Source of the DNA: Alphaproteobacteria bacterium
GTDB taxonomy: Bacteria; Pseudomonadota; Alphaproteobacteria; Rs-D84; SZUA-605
NCBI GenBank assembly: GCA_031549385.1
Contig: JAVBPW010000004.1
Location: forward strand, 1-64,000
Length of the DNA stretch: 64,000 nt
Reading direction: 5' to 3'
In this document: piece by piece, positions 38,634 through 47,950 of the stretch
Position numbering within the stretch: the stretch's first letter is position 1
Layout of the letters: each line of letters begins with the position of its first letter
The notes under the pieces: generated by a model
Databases searched by the model: none
Told to the model about the DNA's origin: nothing
The model's input: only the letters and a program-made list of their open reading frames with translations
Program-made: the position numbers and the translations under genes

Positions 38634-41265
38634 ATTTCTTCACAAATATTTTCTTTAAAAGGGTTACTAAAATAAGATATAATAAAATAGTTACAGCCAA
38701 AACATAAAAATACATATCAGGCAATGGAACCATTCCAAGACTTCTTCCTAATTCAGAATAAGGAAGTATTGTTCCAACAATTATACTCAAAGATGTAATT
38801 AAAATCACAGGCCAAGAAGCCCAGCTTTTAATAAAAGGAAATCTTTCAGTTCTCAAGGTATGAATAACTAAAGTTTGAGACCAAATAGATTCTAAGAACC
38901 ATCCGGTATGAAACATCATAGCAAAAGTCAATTGAGCTTCTGCAGAAAGTGTTGCATAATTTCCACCAAGTGCCATAGGACAGATACAATAAAACATTAT
39001 AAAATATGTAGTAATATCAAATATAGAACTAGTTGGTCCAATCCAAAACATAAAGTTTTTTATAGAAGAAGTATCCCACTTACGAGGCTTTTTTAAATAT
39101 TCTTTATCTACATTATCCCAAGGAATAGCCATACAAGAAATATCATACATAAGATTAAGCAATAATATTTGTAAAGGCATCATAGGTAAGAAAGGCAAGA
39201 ATGCGCTGGCAATCAAAACAGAGAACATATTACCAAAATTAGAACTAGCAGTCATCTTGATATATTTAATAGTATTAGCATAAGTTTTTCTACCTTCAAT
39301 AATTCCATTTCCAAGAACCTTTAAGTCTTTTTCAAGCAAGATTATATTTGCAGACTCTTTAGCAATATCAACAGCATTATTAACTGATATAGCCACATCC
39401 GCAGCCTTCATAGCCACAGCGTCATTAATACCATCTCCCATAAATCCAACCACGTGACCATTATCACGCAAAGCCTGAACAACGCGAGCTTTTTGAGCAG
39501 GGGACAATTTAGCAAATATACTACATTTCTCTACATCATCTCTAAGTTCTTGATCGTTCATCTTTTCTATATCAGAACCAAGAGTGATGCAGGCATTTTT
39601 AATACCAACTTCCTGACAAATAAAAGAAGTAACAAATTCATTGTCTCCAGTTAGAACTTTAATATTAACTCCATATTCATAAAGAGCTTTAATTATATGA
39701 GTCACATCTTCTTTAGGTGGATCCAAGAAAGCAAGATACCCAATAAGTATCATATCACTTTCGTCTTTTTCGCTAAAAGTTTTTTTATCATTTTCTTGTT
39801 TATAAGCGAGTGCCAAAACTCTCATTCCTTTAGTATTCAAAGATTTTGCAGTCTTAATTATTTCATTACGTAATTCTTTTGATATAGGCTCAACAGTTTC
39901 ATTGCGTTGAACATAGGAGCAAACTTGAAGCATTTCTTCCATAGCTCCTTTAGTAATCAATTTAACGTTTCCATTTTTATCTTCAACAGCCACACTCATT
40001 CTGCGTCGATTAAAATCAAAAGGAATTTCATCAAATTTCTTATAGCTATTTTTTTCAATATCCAACTTTTCTTCTGCGGCATGTTCTATAATAGATATGT
40101 CCATAAGATTTTTAAGTCCGGTTTGATGAAAGCTATTTAAAAAAGCATAAAACAAAACATCTTTATCTTCCTTTCCGTCAACATTCAAATGATATTCTAA
40201 TATGATTTTATCAAGTGTAAGTGTTCCTGTTTTATCAGTGCATAAAACATCCATAGCGCCAAAATTTTGAATAGCACTAAGTTTTTTAACAATAACTTTT
40301 TTCTTAGACATAAGAAGGGCGCCTTTGGCTAAATTAGTCGAAACGATCATAGGGAGCATTTCAGGGGTAAGTCCAACAGCAACTGACACAGCAAACAAAG
40401 TTGCTTCCAACCAATCACCTTTAGTAAATCCATTAACAAATAAAACAATAGGCACCATAACAAGAATGAAACGTATCAACAACCAAGATATAGAATTAAT
40501 ACCTATTTCAAAATTATTTTTTACCTTATTAGAATTATCTAATTGTTTAGCAATTCCCCCAAACATAGTTTTTGCTCCAATCGAAACAACAACAGCAGCT
40601 GCAGACCCACTAACAACATTACTTCCCATAAAAGCTAAATTATTGTATTCTAAAGGATTGGTACTTTCATTAGATAAAGCATCTCCAAATTTTTCAACAG
40701 GAGCACTTTCTCCAGTAAGTGATGATTGGCTAATAAATAAATCTTTTGCTGATAAGATTCTAACATCAGCAGGCACCATATCACCAGCAGTAAGATAAAC
40801 AATATCCCCAACAACAAGTTCTTCAATCGAAATATCAATTTTACCAAGTTTGCCACGTTTAACGGTTATGTTAGTTTTAACCATATTAGTAAGTTTTTCG
40901 ACAGCCTTATTACTTTTTCCTTCTTGGGTAAAGCTAATTCCGCCACTCAAAAGCACCATAGACATAACAATTATAACAGAAGTAAAATTTTCAGCTCCCT
41001 TAGCTGCCATATACACATCAGTAAACAAAGAAACAAAAGCAAGAGCTAAAAGTACAATATTAAAAGGATTAACAAAAGAGTCAAAAAGTCTTTTAAAAAC
41101 AGAAATTTTCTTTTTATAAGAAATAAGGTTTAATCCATATTTATTTCTTTGGATTTTTACACGTCTTTTATTATACCCATCAACAGTATTCTTATACTTT
41201 TTAAGTAATACATCTTGAGGTGCTTTTGCAGCAAAAATAATATCACTAATTTTTTCAACAGACAT
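38617..41265 (-). CDS. mgtA: Magnesium-translocating P-type ATPase
   Basis: LTPEMLP, DKTGTLT, GDGIND, KMTASSNFGN motifs of MgtA/B. Confidence 0.95.
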   Translation of the reverse strand: MSVEKISDIIFAAKAPQDVLLKKYKNTVDGYNKRRVKIQRNKYGLNLISYKKKISVFKRLFDSFVNPFNIVLLALAFVSLFTDVYMAAKGAENFTSVIIVMSMVLLSGGISFTQEGKSNKAVEKLTNMVKTNITVKRGKLGKIDISIEELVVGDIVYLTAGDMVPADVRILSAKDLFISQSSLTGESAPVEKFGDALSNESTNPLEYNNLAFMGSNVVSGSAAAVVVSIGAKTMFGGIAKQLDNSNKVKNNFEIGINSISWLLIRFILVMVPIVLFVNGFTKGDWLEATLFAVSVAVGLTPEMLPMIVSTNLAKGALLMSKKKVIVKKLSAIQNFGAMDVLCTDKTGTLTLDKIILEYHLNVDGKEDKDVLFYAFLNSFHQTGLKNLMDISIIEHAAEEKLDIEKNSYKKFDEIPFDFNRRRMSVAVEDKNGNVKLITKGAMEEMLQVCSYVQRNETVEPISKELRNEIIKTAKSLNTKGMRVLALAYKQENDKKTFSEKDESDMILIGYLAFLDPPKEDVTHIIKALYEYGVNIKVLTGDNEFVTSFICQEVGIKNACITLGSDIEKMNDQELRDDVEKCSIFAKLSPAQKARVVQALRDNGHVVGFMGDGINDAVAMKAADVAISVNNAVDIAKESANIILLEKDLKVLGNGIIEGRKTYANTIKYIKMTASSNFGNMFSVLIASAFLPFLPMMPLQILLLNLMYDISCMAIPWDNVDKEYLKKPRKWDTSSIKNFMFWIGPTSSIFDITTYFIMFYCICPMALGGNYATLSAEAQLTFAMMFHTGWFLESIWSQTLVIHTLRTERFPFIKSWASWPVILITSLSIIVGTILPYSELGRSLGMVPLPDMYFYVLAVTILLYLILVTLLKKIFVKKYGELL

Positions 41266-41387
41266 GTTTTCCTATCTCCTATAGTCATAGCTTGATTATC
41301 TCATAAAATCCTTCTTTATTCAAGATAATAAATATCAGTTGAAAGATAACTTATTTTCCTATAAACTGTTATAAAACAAGGATTCCA

Positions 41388-41834
41388 ATGAAATACATTA
41401 AATTATTTTTACTTACCATTATTTTAACATCAACTCTTTTTGCTAGTGATTTAAAATTTACTCATGAAGAAGCTTTTAAAGAAGCAAATAAAATAAAAGA
41501 AAAGTGTTTTAAGAAATATTTAAAAAAAGATAGTTATGAAACTCATACAGCTATGATAGAATTGCATGAGGGTACTTTAGTTTGTATTAAAGATAAGATC
41601 AATAAAGAAATTGAAAAAGGATTCAAAGGTGAGGAAAGAAAGCAAATATTAAAAGAATATGAAGTTTTATATAAAGATTATATGATATTTTATAAAAGTT
41701 ATTATAATTTAAGTAGATATTGCACGCCTTATTGTGGAAATATGACAGTGGAAATTAATATATCTCAGTCTATTAATCTATCTGTGAATATTCTTTCAGA
41801 CCTTATTTATTTAAACAAAAATGAAGATTTTTAA
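41388..41834 (+). CDS. Exported Cys-containing helical protein, candidate lysozyme inhibitor/immunity (LprI-like)
   Basis: Signal peptide (LFA), four Cys incl. CxxxCG.M; stop overlaps that of the GH108 gene. Confidence 0.5.
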   Translation: MKYIKLFLLTIILTSTLFASDLKFTHEEAFKEANKIKEKCFKKYLKKDSYETHTAMIELHEGTLVCIKDKINKEIEKGFKGEERKQILKEYEVLYKDYMIFYKSYYNLSRYCTPYCGNMTVEINISQSINLSVNILSDLIYLNKNEDF

Positions 41835-42712
41835 TAAGTTTTAAACTTTAAGGTTTTATATTTCTTTGTTCTATTTTTCCAACCATTTTTAGAATCTTTG
41901 AAGTTAGCTGTTGTTTCTAAGTATTTATCTCTGTTTTCTAAAAATATATCTATGAAACTGTCTATATTTTCATTAGAAATTAAGTTTAACGCTTCCACTG
42001 TATTGTCTCCAAACAGTCCATCAATATCTAAATTCAAGTTTTGTGTATCGTTCAATGTTTTTTGAAGAATTTTTATTATTTTAGAGAAATTTCCCATAAT
42101 TCCTGTATCCATTAAAATAAAAGAAAGTAAAGTATTGTCAATATTTTTAATTTTTCTGTCTTTATAGTAATCAAGATAATAAATAGTTTTTGTTTCTTCA
42201 TTTGTTAATTTATTTACGTCTTTTGAAAAATTAAAATTTTTATGAGTTTTATTGAAATTATTTAGTGTTATATCGGTGATTCCTCTATTTGTTTCTCTAT
42301 CTGTTTTAGTTGCAGTTTTAAATCCTCCTTCTTCAGACAATGTTATATTTATAAATTCTTCAAATCTTTCATCAGTTACAATCTTATTGTTATCATCTAA
42401 AAGAACAGGAAATATTTTACATTTACAATTAGGGTGGACTGGTAATAATCCATTAGCATTTTCTTCATTTTCAAAAATTTTTCCATCAAGTTTCTTACAG
42501 TTTTCACAAGTGTTTTCATTATTTTCTGCTTTATAAATATAAGCTAGTCTAATTATTTTGTTTCTTCCAGAATTATCTTTTTGTTCATTTTCTGGAAATT
42601 TTTCTTTAAACCAATTATAAACTTTATTTACAACTTCTTGATGTTCGGGTTTTAAATTGTTTTTAGAGCTTTCACTATTCATTAAATCTTGAATTTTTTT
42701 TGGTATATTCAT
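41831..42712 (-). CDS. MuF (phage head morphogenesis)-like domain fused to GH108 lysozyme and peptidoglycan-binding domain
   Basis: TCENCKKLDG...LPVHPNCKC (MuF); EEGG...ETNRGIT (GH108); LQKTLN...DGLFGDNT...GWKNR (PG-binding). Confidence 0.8.
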   Translation of the reverse strand: MNIPKKIQDLMNSESSKNNLKPEHQEVVNKVYNWFKEKFPENEQKDNSGRNKIIRLAYIYKAENNENTCENCKKLDGKIFENEENANGLLPVHPNCKCKIFPVLLDDNNKIVTDERFEEFINITLSEEGGFKTATKTDRETNRGITDITLNNFNKTHKNFNFSKDVNKLTNEETKTIYYLDYYKDRKIKNIDNTLLSFILMDTGIMGNFSKIIKILQKTLNDTQNLNLDIDGLFGDNTVEALNLISNENIDSFIDIFLENRDKYLETTANFKDSKNGWKNRTKKYKTLKFKTY

Positions 42713-42804
42713 ATTTTATTCCTTATTAAGTTATTAAATTAAAAAAGCCTACATTTCTGTAGGCAATAAAAAAGATGGATACTATCCACCTTAAACATAA
42801 TATC

Positions 42805-42833
42805 ATTATAGTAAAAATTTTCTGAAAAATCAA
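42805..42833 (-). promoter_or_regulatory. Sigma70-type promoter for the MuF-GH108 gene
   Basis: TTGATT-17 nt-TATAAT on the minus strand. Confidence 0.65.
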
Positions 42834-42917
42834 GTGTTTTTATTAAAATATTGCTATTTTCAAAATCCTATGTTAAAGTTTTAAAAACTTAAATTCTAAA
42901 CATTAAAAAATCCAAAT

Positions 42918-43616
42918 ATGAGTAATAGAATTGAATCAATTTGCAAGAAGAACATTGCAAGGAAGAATATGTTAGGCAAAATCCTAAAGCAGGGGATTAC
43001 GTTTTCAAAAGACCCAAGGTTTTTAACCTTTGAAGAAATAGTCTGTGAAAGTGGACTTAATTCCAAACAGCTTTATGGATATTGGCAAGAAGCAAAGAAA
43101 AGAACTTTCCCGTTTTCCAAAAAAGAAGATAAGATAGTTGATATTTTGCTTAGTACATATACGAAAAGTGTTATATTTTTTGCTACCTCTGCTGTTTGGA
43201 TGCATCCTCAAAGAAATCTGTGTTATTCGCCACAAATAGAACATCCCGACACATGGTATCATGCTCTCAAAATGCATAGTGGAAAAGATAGTGCAAATTA
43301 CTATGAGTGTTATCATAGGTTTGTAGAATGGTATCCTCCAAATGAATATTTTGAAGAACCTATTTTCGATATTATATCTCCCGAGGAAGCTGATTTTTGC
43401 ACTAATTCGGAAAAATTAAAGCGAAAAAACATCCACAGGGATGTGTTTCTTTATGATGCTACTCCAAAAATTGTGACGATTAGGTTTGCGATGAGCTTGC
43501 CGGAAGAATTCAAATCTATCTCTCAAAATCTTGATAATGTATACATGGTCAAGTATGTAAAAGGAGACGGTTATTTTCCAGAAAGGCTCTATTTCAACAG
43601 CTCTCCAGCTAAATGA
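42918..43616 (+). CDS. Hypothetical protein (SD-less orphan class)
   Basis: 232-aa ORF, AAACTTAAA at 42885-42893, terminator hairpin at 43629-43650. Confidence 0.7.
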   Translation: MSNRIESICKKNIARKNMLGKILKQGITFSKDPRFLTFEEIVCESGLNSKQLYGYWQEAKKRTFPFSKKEDKIVDILLSTYTKSVIFFATSAVWMHPQRNLCYSPQIEHPDTWYHALKMHSGKDSANYYECYHRFVEWYPPNEYFEEPIFDIISPEEADFCTNSEKLKRKNIHRDVFLYDATPKIVTIRFAMSLPEEFKSISQNLDNVYMVKYVKGDGYFPERLYFNSSPAK

Positions 43617-43715
43617 TTATCATTAACAAATCCTCCATTGTGGGGATTTTTATTTTTCTTGTTATTGCTCAAAAAATAAAGTAGCATCAAAATAACAACT
43701 TTAAAAGGAACCAAA

Positions 43716-44225
43716 GTGTCAGATAAAACATTAAGAATAAAAGAAACTGCTAAAATAAGAGAACTAGAAGAAAGATTAATAATAATAGAACGCAGATTAA
43801 AAGTAAAAGACGAAGAAAGTCAAGTTCCAGAACATAAAGAGCATGATTTTAAATCAAGACCACCAAAGAAATTTGACGACCATAAACCAAGAAAATTTGG
43901 CGATAGAAAACCAAGAGAGTTTGGAGACAGAAAGCAAAGAGAGTTTGGCGACAGAAAACCAAGAGAATTTGGTGATAGAAAGTCAAGAGAGTTTGGCGAC
44001 AGAAAACCAAGAGAATTTGGTGATAGAAAGCCAAGAGAATTTGGTGATAGAAAGCCAAGAGAATTTGGAGACAGAAAGCCAAGAGAATTTGGTGATCGTA
44101 AACCAAGAGAATTCGGTGATAGAAAACCAAGATCTTCATTTTCATCAGGAAAATCATTTGGTAAAAAGGATTTTGGTAAATCCAAGCCTCGATCTTTTTC
44201 CAAATCGAAACCAAGATCAAAATAA
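43716..44225 (+). CDS. Basic repeat protein with a (PREFGDRK)n array
   Basis: GTG start with AAGGA SD; N-terminal coiled coil; repeat variation is mostly synonymous in this frame. Confidence 0.75.
   Translation: MSDKTLRIKETAKIRELEERLIIIERRLKVKDEESQVPEHKEHDFKSRPPKKFDDHKPRKFGDRKPREFGDRKQREFGDRKPREFGDRKSREFGDRKPREFGDRKPREFGDRKPREFGDRKPREFGDRKPREFGDRKPRSSFSSGKSFGKKDFGKSKPRSFSKSKPRSK
43863..44132 (+). repeat. 24-bp coding tandem repeat, ~11 units
   Basis: Consensus CCAAGAGARTTTGGNGAYAGAAAR; 10 good units 43887-44126 plus one degenerate unit upstream. Confidence 0.95.
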
Positions 44226-44263
44226 AAATAAAAAAGTCGCCAAGTTGGCGATTTTTTATTTAG

Positions 44264-44338
44264 TGGCGACCCCAACGGGATTCGAACCCGTGTTAGCGCC
44301 TTGAAAGGGCGCTGTCCTAACCGTTAGACGATGGGGTC
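44264..44338 (-). tRNA. tRNA-Glu(UUC)
   Basis: GACCCCA...TGGGGTC-G-CCA acceptor, anticodon arm GCGCC-CTTTCAA-GGCGC, GGTTCGAATCC. Confidence 0.97.
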
Positions 44339-44471
44339 TAAATTAAAACTTACGACATTATATGGGTATTTTTTCAAAAAATCAAGAGTTTTTGAAATAA
44401 GTCCTTAAAAATTGATAATTTTACTTTTTTTCCAAGCCTTTTTATGATATAATCTTATCACAGGGAGAGAA

Positions 44472-46415
44472 ATGAGAAGGTATTTATACTTATTATTAGC
44501 CGTATTTATAATGGCATTTTCGCTTAGTAGCGGATATGCGCAGGTTGGTGTTTCTCCGACTCAAAGAAAAATTCTCGATAATTCAAATAAGAAAAAAGTA
44601 TCTGCTCGTTCAGCTGCATCAACATCTTCTCAAGCAAAGGCTCCAGCAGTAAGTTCTACAAGTTCAGTAGTTCAGTCAAGTATGGCAAATACAGATTCTT
44701 CAAGAGTTCCTACATCAACAACATCAGCTCGTGTAATGGGAGCGCAAAAAACTCAAGCCTTAAAAGAGTTAGGTCCTGGTTCAAAGTCAGCTGTTTGTGC
44801 CAGATATCAAAAAAATTGTGATAAGTTATATGATGAGAAAGCAGGTAAATTCAAAAATGCAGATTGTGAAAAATATGCTGCAGAATGTGTAGAGTTTATG
44901 GGTATTACAGATGCAAAATGTATAGAAAAAATGGACAGATGTATAGCTCAATTTTGTTATCCAGAAGAAGTTTGCTCTGATTATGATACAACTATGGAAT
45001 TAGTAAAATCATGCTTAACAGATCTAGGTGGTTTTGAAAGATATGCTTGTAAAGAAAGGCAACTTAAAGCTTCAGTAAAGAAAATGAATTCAATAGTTCA
45101 ATCAAAATCAGCACAAGCAAAGGCACAAAGTGAAGCTGACAGTTATAAAGCTCAAGTGGCAAAACTTCAACAACAAAACGAAAAGCAACAAGCTGATGCT
45201 CAAGCTGCAATTGAAAGAGCTAGACAAGAGGCAGTAGAAGCAGCCTCAGCAGCACTTGCTCCGTCATCAGCTCAAGGTTTAATAGCAGAAGCTCAAGCGG
45301 AAAAACCAGAATTTTCATTACCAGATGAATATAACAATTGCTATTCAAAATACCAAAGAGCATATAACTTAATGCAAACAGTAGAAACATATTCAAACTG
45401 TCAAATAGATGGTAAAAATCCAAAGATGTATTTGCAAGCTGATGCAAATAATTTTGATGTATTAGATTTGTTGAGTATGGTAGGAAATTCAAGAGAATCA
45501 ACTGATATATGTCAAAATTTACCACCAAGATTAAAAATGTCACGTTATAAAATTCATGATATGACTGCGGCGGTAAATGAATATAAATCATGTGTATCAG
45601 ATGTATTAAAAAAGGCAAATAAAGAAGATGGTGCTAACAAATCAAGCATAACAAATTTAACCAAATTATTAACATTCTTACGTACTTCAAATGTAAATAA
45701 TATAGCCGACCGAATGGATGCTTTTAATTTTATAAGTCCAAGAGCAGATGCTACAGGTATTTATCAATATTATCCAGAAACAGTTATAACTTTTAAATCT
45801 CCAGAAGGTTTAGTCGTTCCTTCAGGAAATAAAACAGAAATGAGTGACGTTAGAAGTGATGCAAAAATAATGTTATCTGCATCAATATACTATGCAAGAA
45901 CACTAATGAATTTGACTGAATTTGTAAACGAAGAATTTGAAAAATATGCTGCTGGTTCAAATGTAGACATTAAAGTAGCTCAAAGTCAAACAGGTAAAGA
46001 TTGTAATACTTTAAAAGGTGAAGAAAGATTATATTGCATACAAATGGGTGCTATTGAAGCTGCTACTGATTTAAAAGCAAATTATGCTACTAACAGATCT
46101 GTAGCTCAAAGAGCTATAGCTTCATTAAAAAATTACGGTTATCAAGTAGGAAAAGGTCCTGATTGTGCAAGTATAACAATCCCAACACAAAATGAAATAG
46201 ATGGTCGAAATGCTGATGGTACAACTTTTGATAATAAAGCTGTATTAAAAACTTTCACAGACAGTGTAGAAAAATGTATAAACGCCATAACTCAAGCAAC
46301 ATATACTCCAACACAAACACAGAGTGGTATTAATCCTTTCAATCCATGGACTTGGGGAGGTGGGTCCTACAATACAATTCCCAGCGGGACAGAGCCAATC
46401 CAAAGTCCTTTCTAG
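44472..46415 (+). CDS. Large secreted Cys-rich coiled-coil protein (probably N-terminal part of an M23 fusion)
   Basis: Signal peptide, Ser/Ala-rich linker, many Cys, coiled coil; GGGAG SD. Confidence 0.8.
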   Translation: MRRYLYLLLAVFIMAFSLSSGYAQVGVSPTQRKILDNSNKKKVSARSAASTSSQAKAPAVSSTSSVVQSSMANTDSSRVPTSTTSARVMGAQKTQALKELGPGSKSAVCARYQKNCDKLYDEKAGKFKNADCEKYAAECVEFMGITDAKCIEKMDRCIAQFCYPEEVCSDYDTTMELVKSCLTDLGGFERYACKERQLKASVKKMNSIVQSKSAQAKAQSEADSYKAQVAKLQQQNEKQQADAQAAIERARQEAVEAASAALAPSSAQGLIAEAQAEKPEFSLPDEYNNCYSKYQRAYNLMQTVETYSNCQIDGKNPKMYLQADANNFDVLDLLSMVGNSRESTDICQNLPPRLKMSRYKIHDMTAAVNEYKSCVSDVLKKANKEDGANKSSITNLTKLLTFLRTSNVNNIADRMDAFNFISPRADATGIYQYYPETVITFKSPEGLVVPSGNKTEMSDVRSDAKIMLSASIYYARTLMNLTEFVNEEFEKYAAGSNVDIKVAQSQTGKDCNTLKGEERLYCIQMGAIEAATDLKANYATNRSVAQRAIASLKNYGYQVGKGPDCASITIPTQNEIDGRNADGTTFDNKAVLKTFTDSVEKCINAITQATYTPTQTQSGINPFNPWTWGGGSYNTIPSGTEPIQSPF

Positions 46416-46806
46416 AAGTTTTATATCAAGTGCTTTTGGTTTAAGAGATATAAGTGATCAAGAACCTAATGCAACAACTGATCATAAAGGTATAGATATT
46501 CCATTGCCTATGAATACAGATATTAAGGCTGTGTGGACTGGAAAAGTTAAAAGTACAGCAACAGGAACAGGTAAGGGTGGGGATATAGTTGTGCTCGAAC
46601 ATCCAAATGGTTTAACAACGCATTATATTCATATAAATCAAGCTATGGTAACTGTAGGTCAAATGGTTCAACAAGGTCAAGTAATAGCAAAATCTGGAAA
46701 TTCTGGAACATCTACAACGGGTCCTCATTTACATTTTGAAATAAGGGAAAATGGTACCCCTGTAAATCCTTGTGGTGAAAAATATCTAAATTGTGACGGT
46801 AAATAA
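46324..46806 (+). CDS. M23 family metallo-endopeptidase domain
   Basis: ISSAFGLR, HKGID, YIH, GNSGTSTTGPHLHFEI; no convincing own start; overlaps upstream ORF in the +1 frame. Confidence 0.85.
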   Translation: MVLILSIHGLGEVGPTIQFPAGQSQSKVLSRSFISSAFGLRDISDQEPNATTDHKGIDIPLPMNTDIKAVWTGKVKSTATGTGKGGDIVVLEHPNGLTTHYIHINQAMVTVGQMVQQGQVIAKSGNSGTSTTGPHLHFEIRENGTPVNPCGEKYLNCDGK

Positions 46807-46873
46807 TAAAAACCTTGAATTTTTTCAATATATTTCGTATACTTTTCAAGTAATTAATAAAAGAGGTAGTATT

Positions 46874-47146
46874 ATGAAAAAATTATTATGTGTTGCATTA
46901 ATAGTAGGAGTATCTCCATCATTTGCATATATATTAAAAGATGCAAAGAATATAAGTGGAACTCAAACAATGATAGCAACATGTCAAAACTTTGATAATT
47001 CATCATCAGATGTAATCTGTATGGTAAAAAGAAAAGAAATGTCAGCGGGTCAATGGGGTCCTTGGATTATCACAGGTAAAAAAGGAACATTTAAAACTTT
47101 TGAAGCAGCGTTAAGTGAATGTTGTGCATCTAATTCAAAAAAATAA
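46874..47146 (+). CDS. Small secreted Cys-containing protein
   Basis: GAGGT SD, MKKLL signal peptide (SFA), ends ECCASNSKK. Confidence 0.75.
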   Translation: MKKLLCVALIVGVSPSFAYILKDAKNISGTQTMIATCQNFDNSSSDVICMVKRKEMSAGQWGPWIITGKKGTFKTFEAALSECCASNSKK

Positions 47147-47202
47147 AAGTTTTATGAATTAAAATTAAAATGTCGGATTATCTCCGACTTTTTTTATTTT
47201 AT

Positions 47203-47508
47203 TTAAAATTCTACAAATTTTTCTAAATCATTTAGATTAAAAGTTATATCGTAAAAACTTAGTGTCATTCTATTAATTTCATCAATTAATTCTTTTTTAG
47301 TTTTAAATATTTTTTTGGGGAAATTGTTTTCTGAAATAAATACTTGTTTTTCATAATCTTTATATGCGATATCTTTATGACCTATCCATTTTCCGTCTTT
47401 GTCATAACAATTTAAAGCATAAGCAAGTCCGTATCTGGAAACTTCTTCTAAAAGCAGGTATTCTCCACTTCCATCATTAAAATCATATTTTAAATTATTA
47501 TCAAGCAT
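47203..47508 (-). CDS. Hypothetical protein (candidate immunity protein)
   Basis: 101-aa acidic/aromatic ORF with AAGGA SD. Confidence 0.6.
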   Translation of the reverse strand: MLDNNLKYDFNDGSGEYLLLEEVSRYGLAYALNCYDKDGKWIGHKDIAYKDYEKQVFISENNFPKKIFKTKKELIDEINRMTLSFYDITFNLNDLEKFVEF

Positions 47509-47563
47509 TATTTTCCTTATTTTTATTTTAAGCTACCACTTAAATTAAGTAGTAGCTTCTTAT

Positions 47564-47833
47564 TTAATTTACTATAGGATAAACTTTATCTTTTTCATCC
47601 TCGCTAGTCCCATCAGCTCCATCTTCTTTTATATGAATATGTGGTTGAGGTTTATCAAATTCATGACATTCAACTCTTTTTGAAGTGTCGTCAACAGATG
47701 TAATAGTAAATCTATTTTTATCATCAAAGGTCATGCTTGAGGTTGCGTCTGAACCTACATGTTCTTTAATAATTTCAACGGCTTCTGAAGGTGTCACAGG
47801 TGGCATCATTTCATGATTTTTTTTATTGCTCAT
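47564..47833 (-). CDS. Hypothetical protein with PHIH motif (candidate toxin domain)
   Basis: 89-aa ORF, ECHEFDKPQPHIHIK. Confidence 0.55.
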   Translation of the reverse strand: MSNKKNHEMMPPVTPSEAVEIIKEHVGSDATSSMTFDDKNRFTITSVDDTSKRVECHEFDKPQPHIHIKEDGADGTSEDEKDKVYPIVN

Positions 47834-47950
47834 AAAATTTTATTTTTTATATGATTTATATGTTTATTTAATTAATACAATTTACATATAAAACGCAAAC
47901 GCAAAATTGTCAATTATAATTAATAAGAACAAGTTCATAATAAATAAAAA

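Noticed and set aside
43863-44132. CRISPR array
   Set aside because: 24-bp units are contiguous with no spacers and vary mainly at third codon positions, so it is a coding tandem repeat.
43820-44304. Alternative-frame ORFs 43820-44275, 43843-44304 and 43849-44220
   Set aside because: Stop-free by-products of the tandem repeat; one runs into tRNA-Glu; only the 43716 frame has an SD and synonymous variation.
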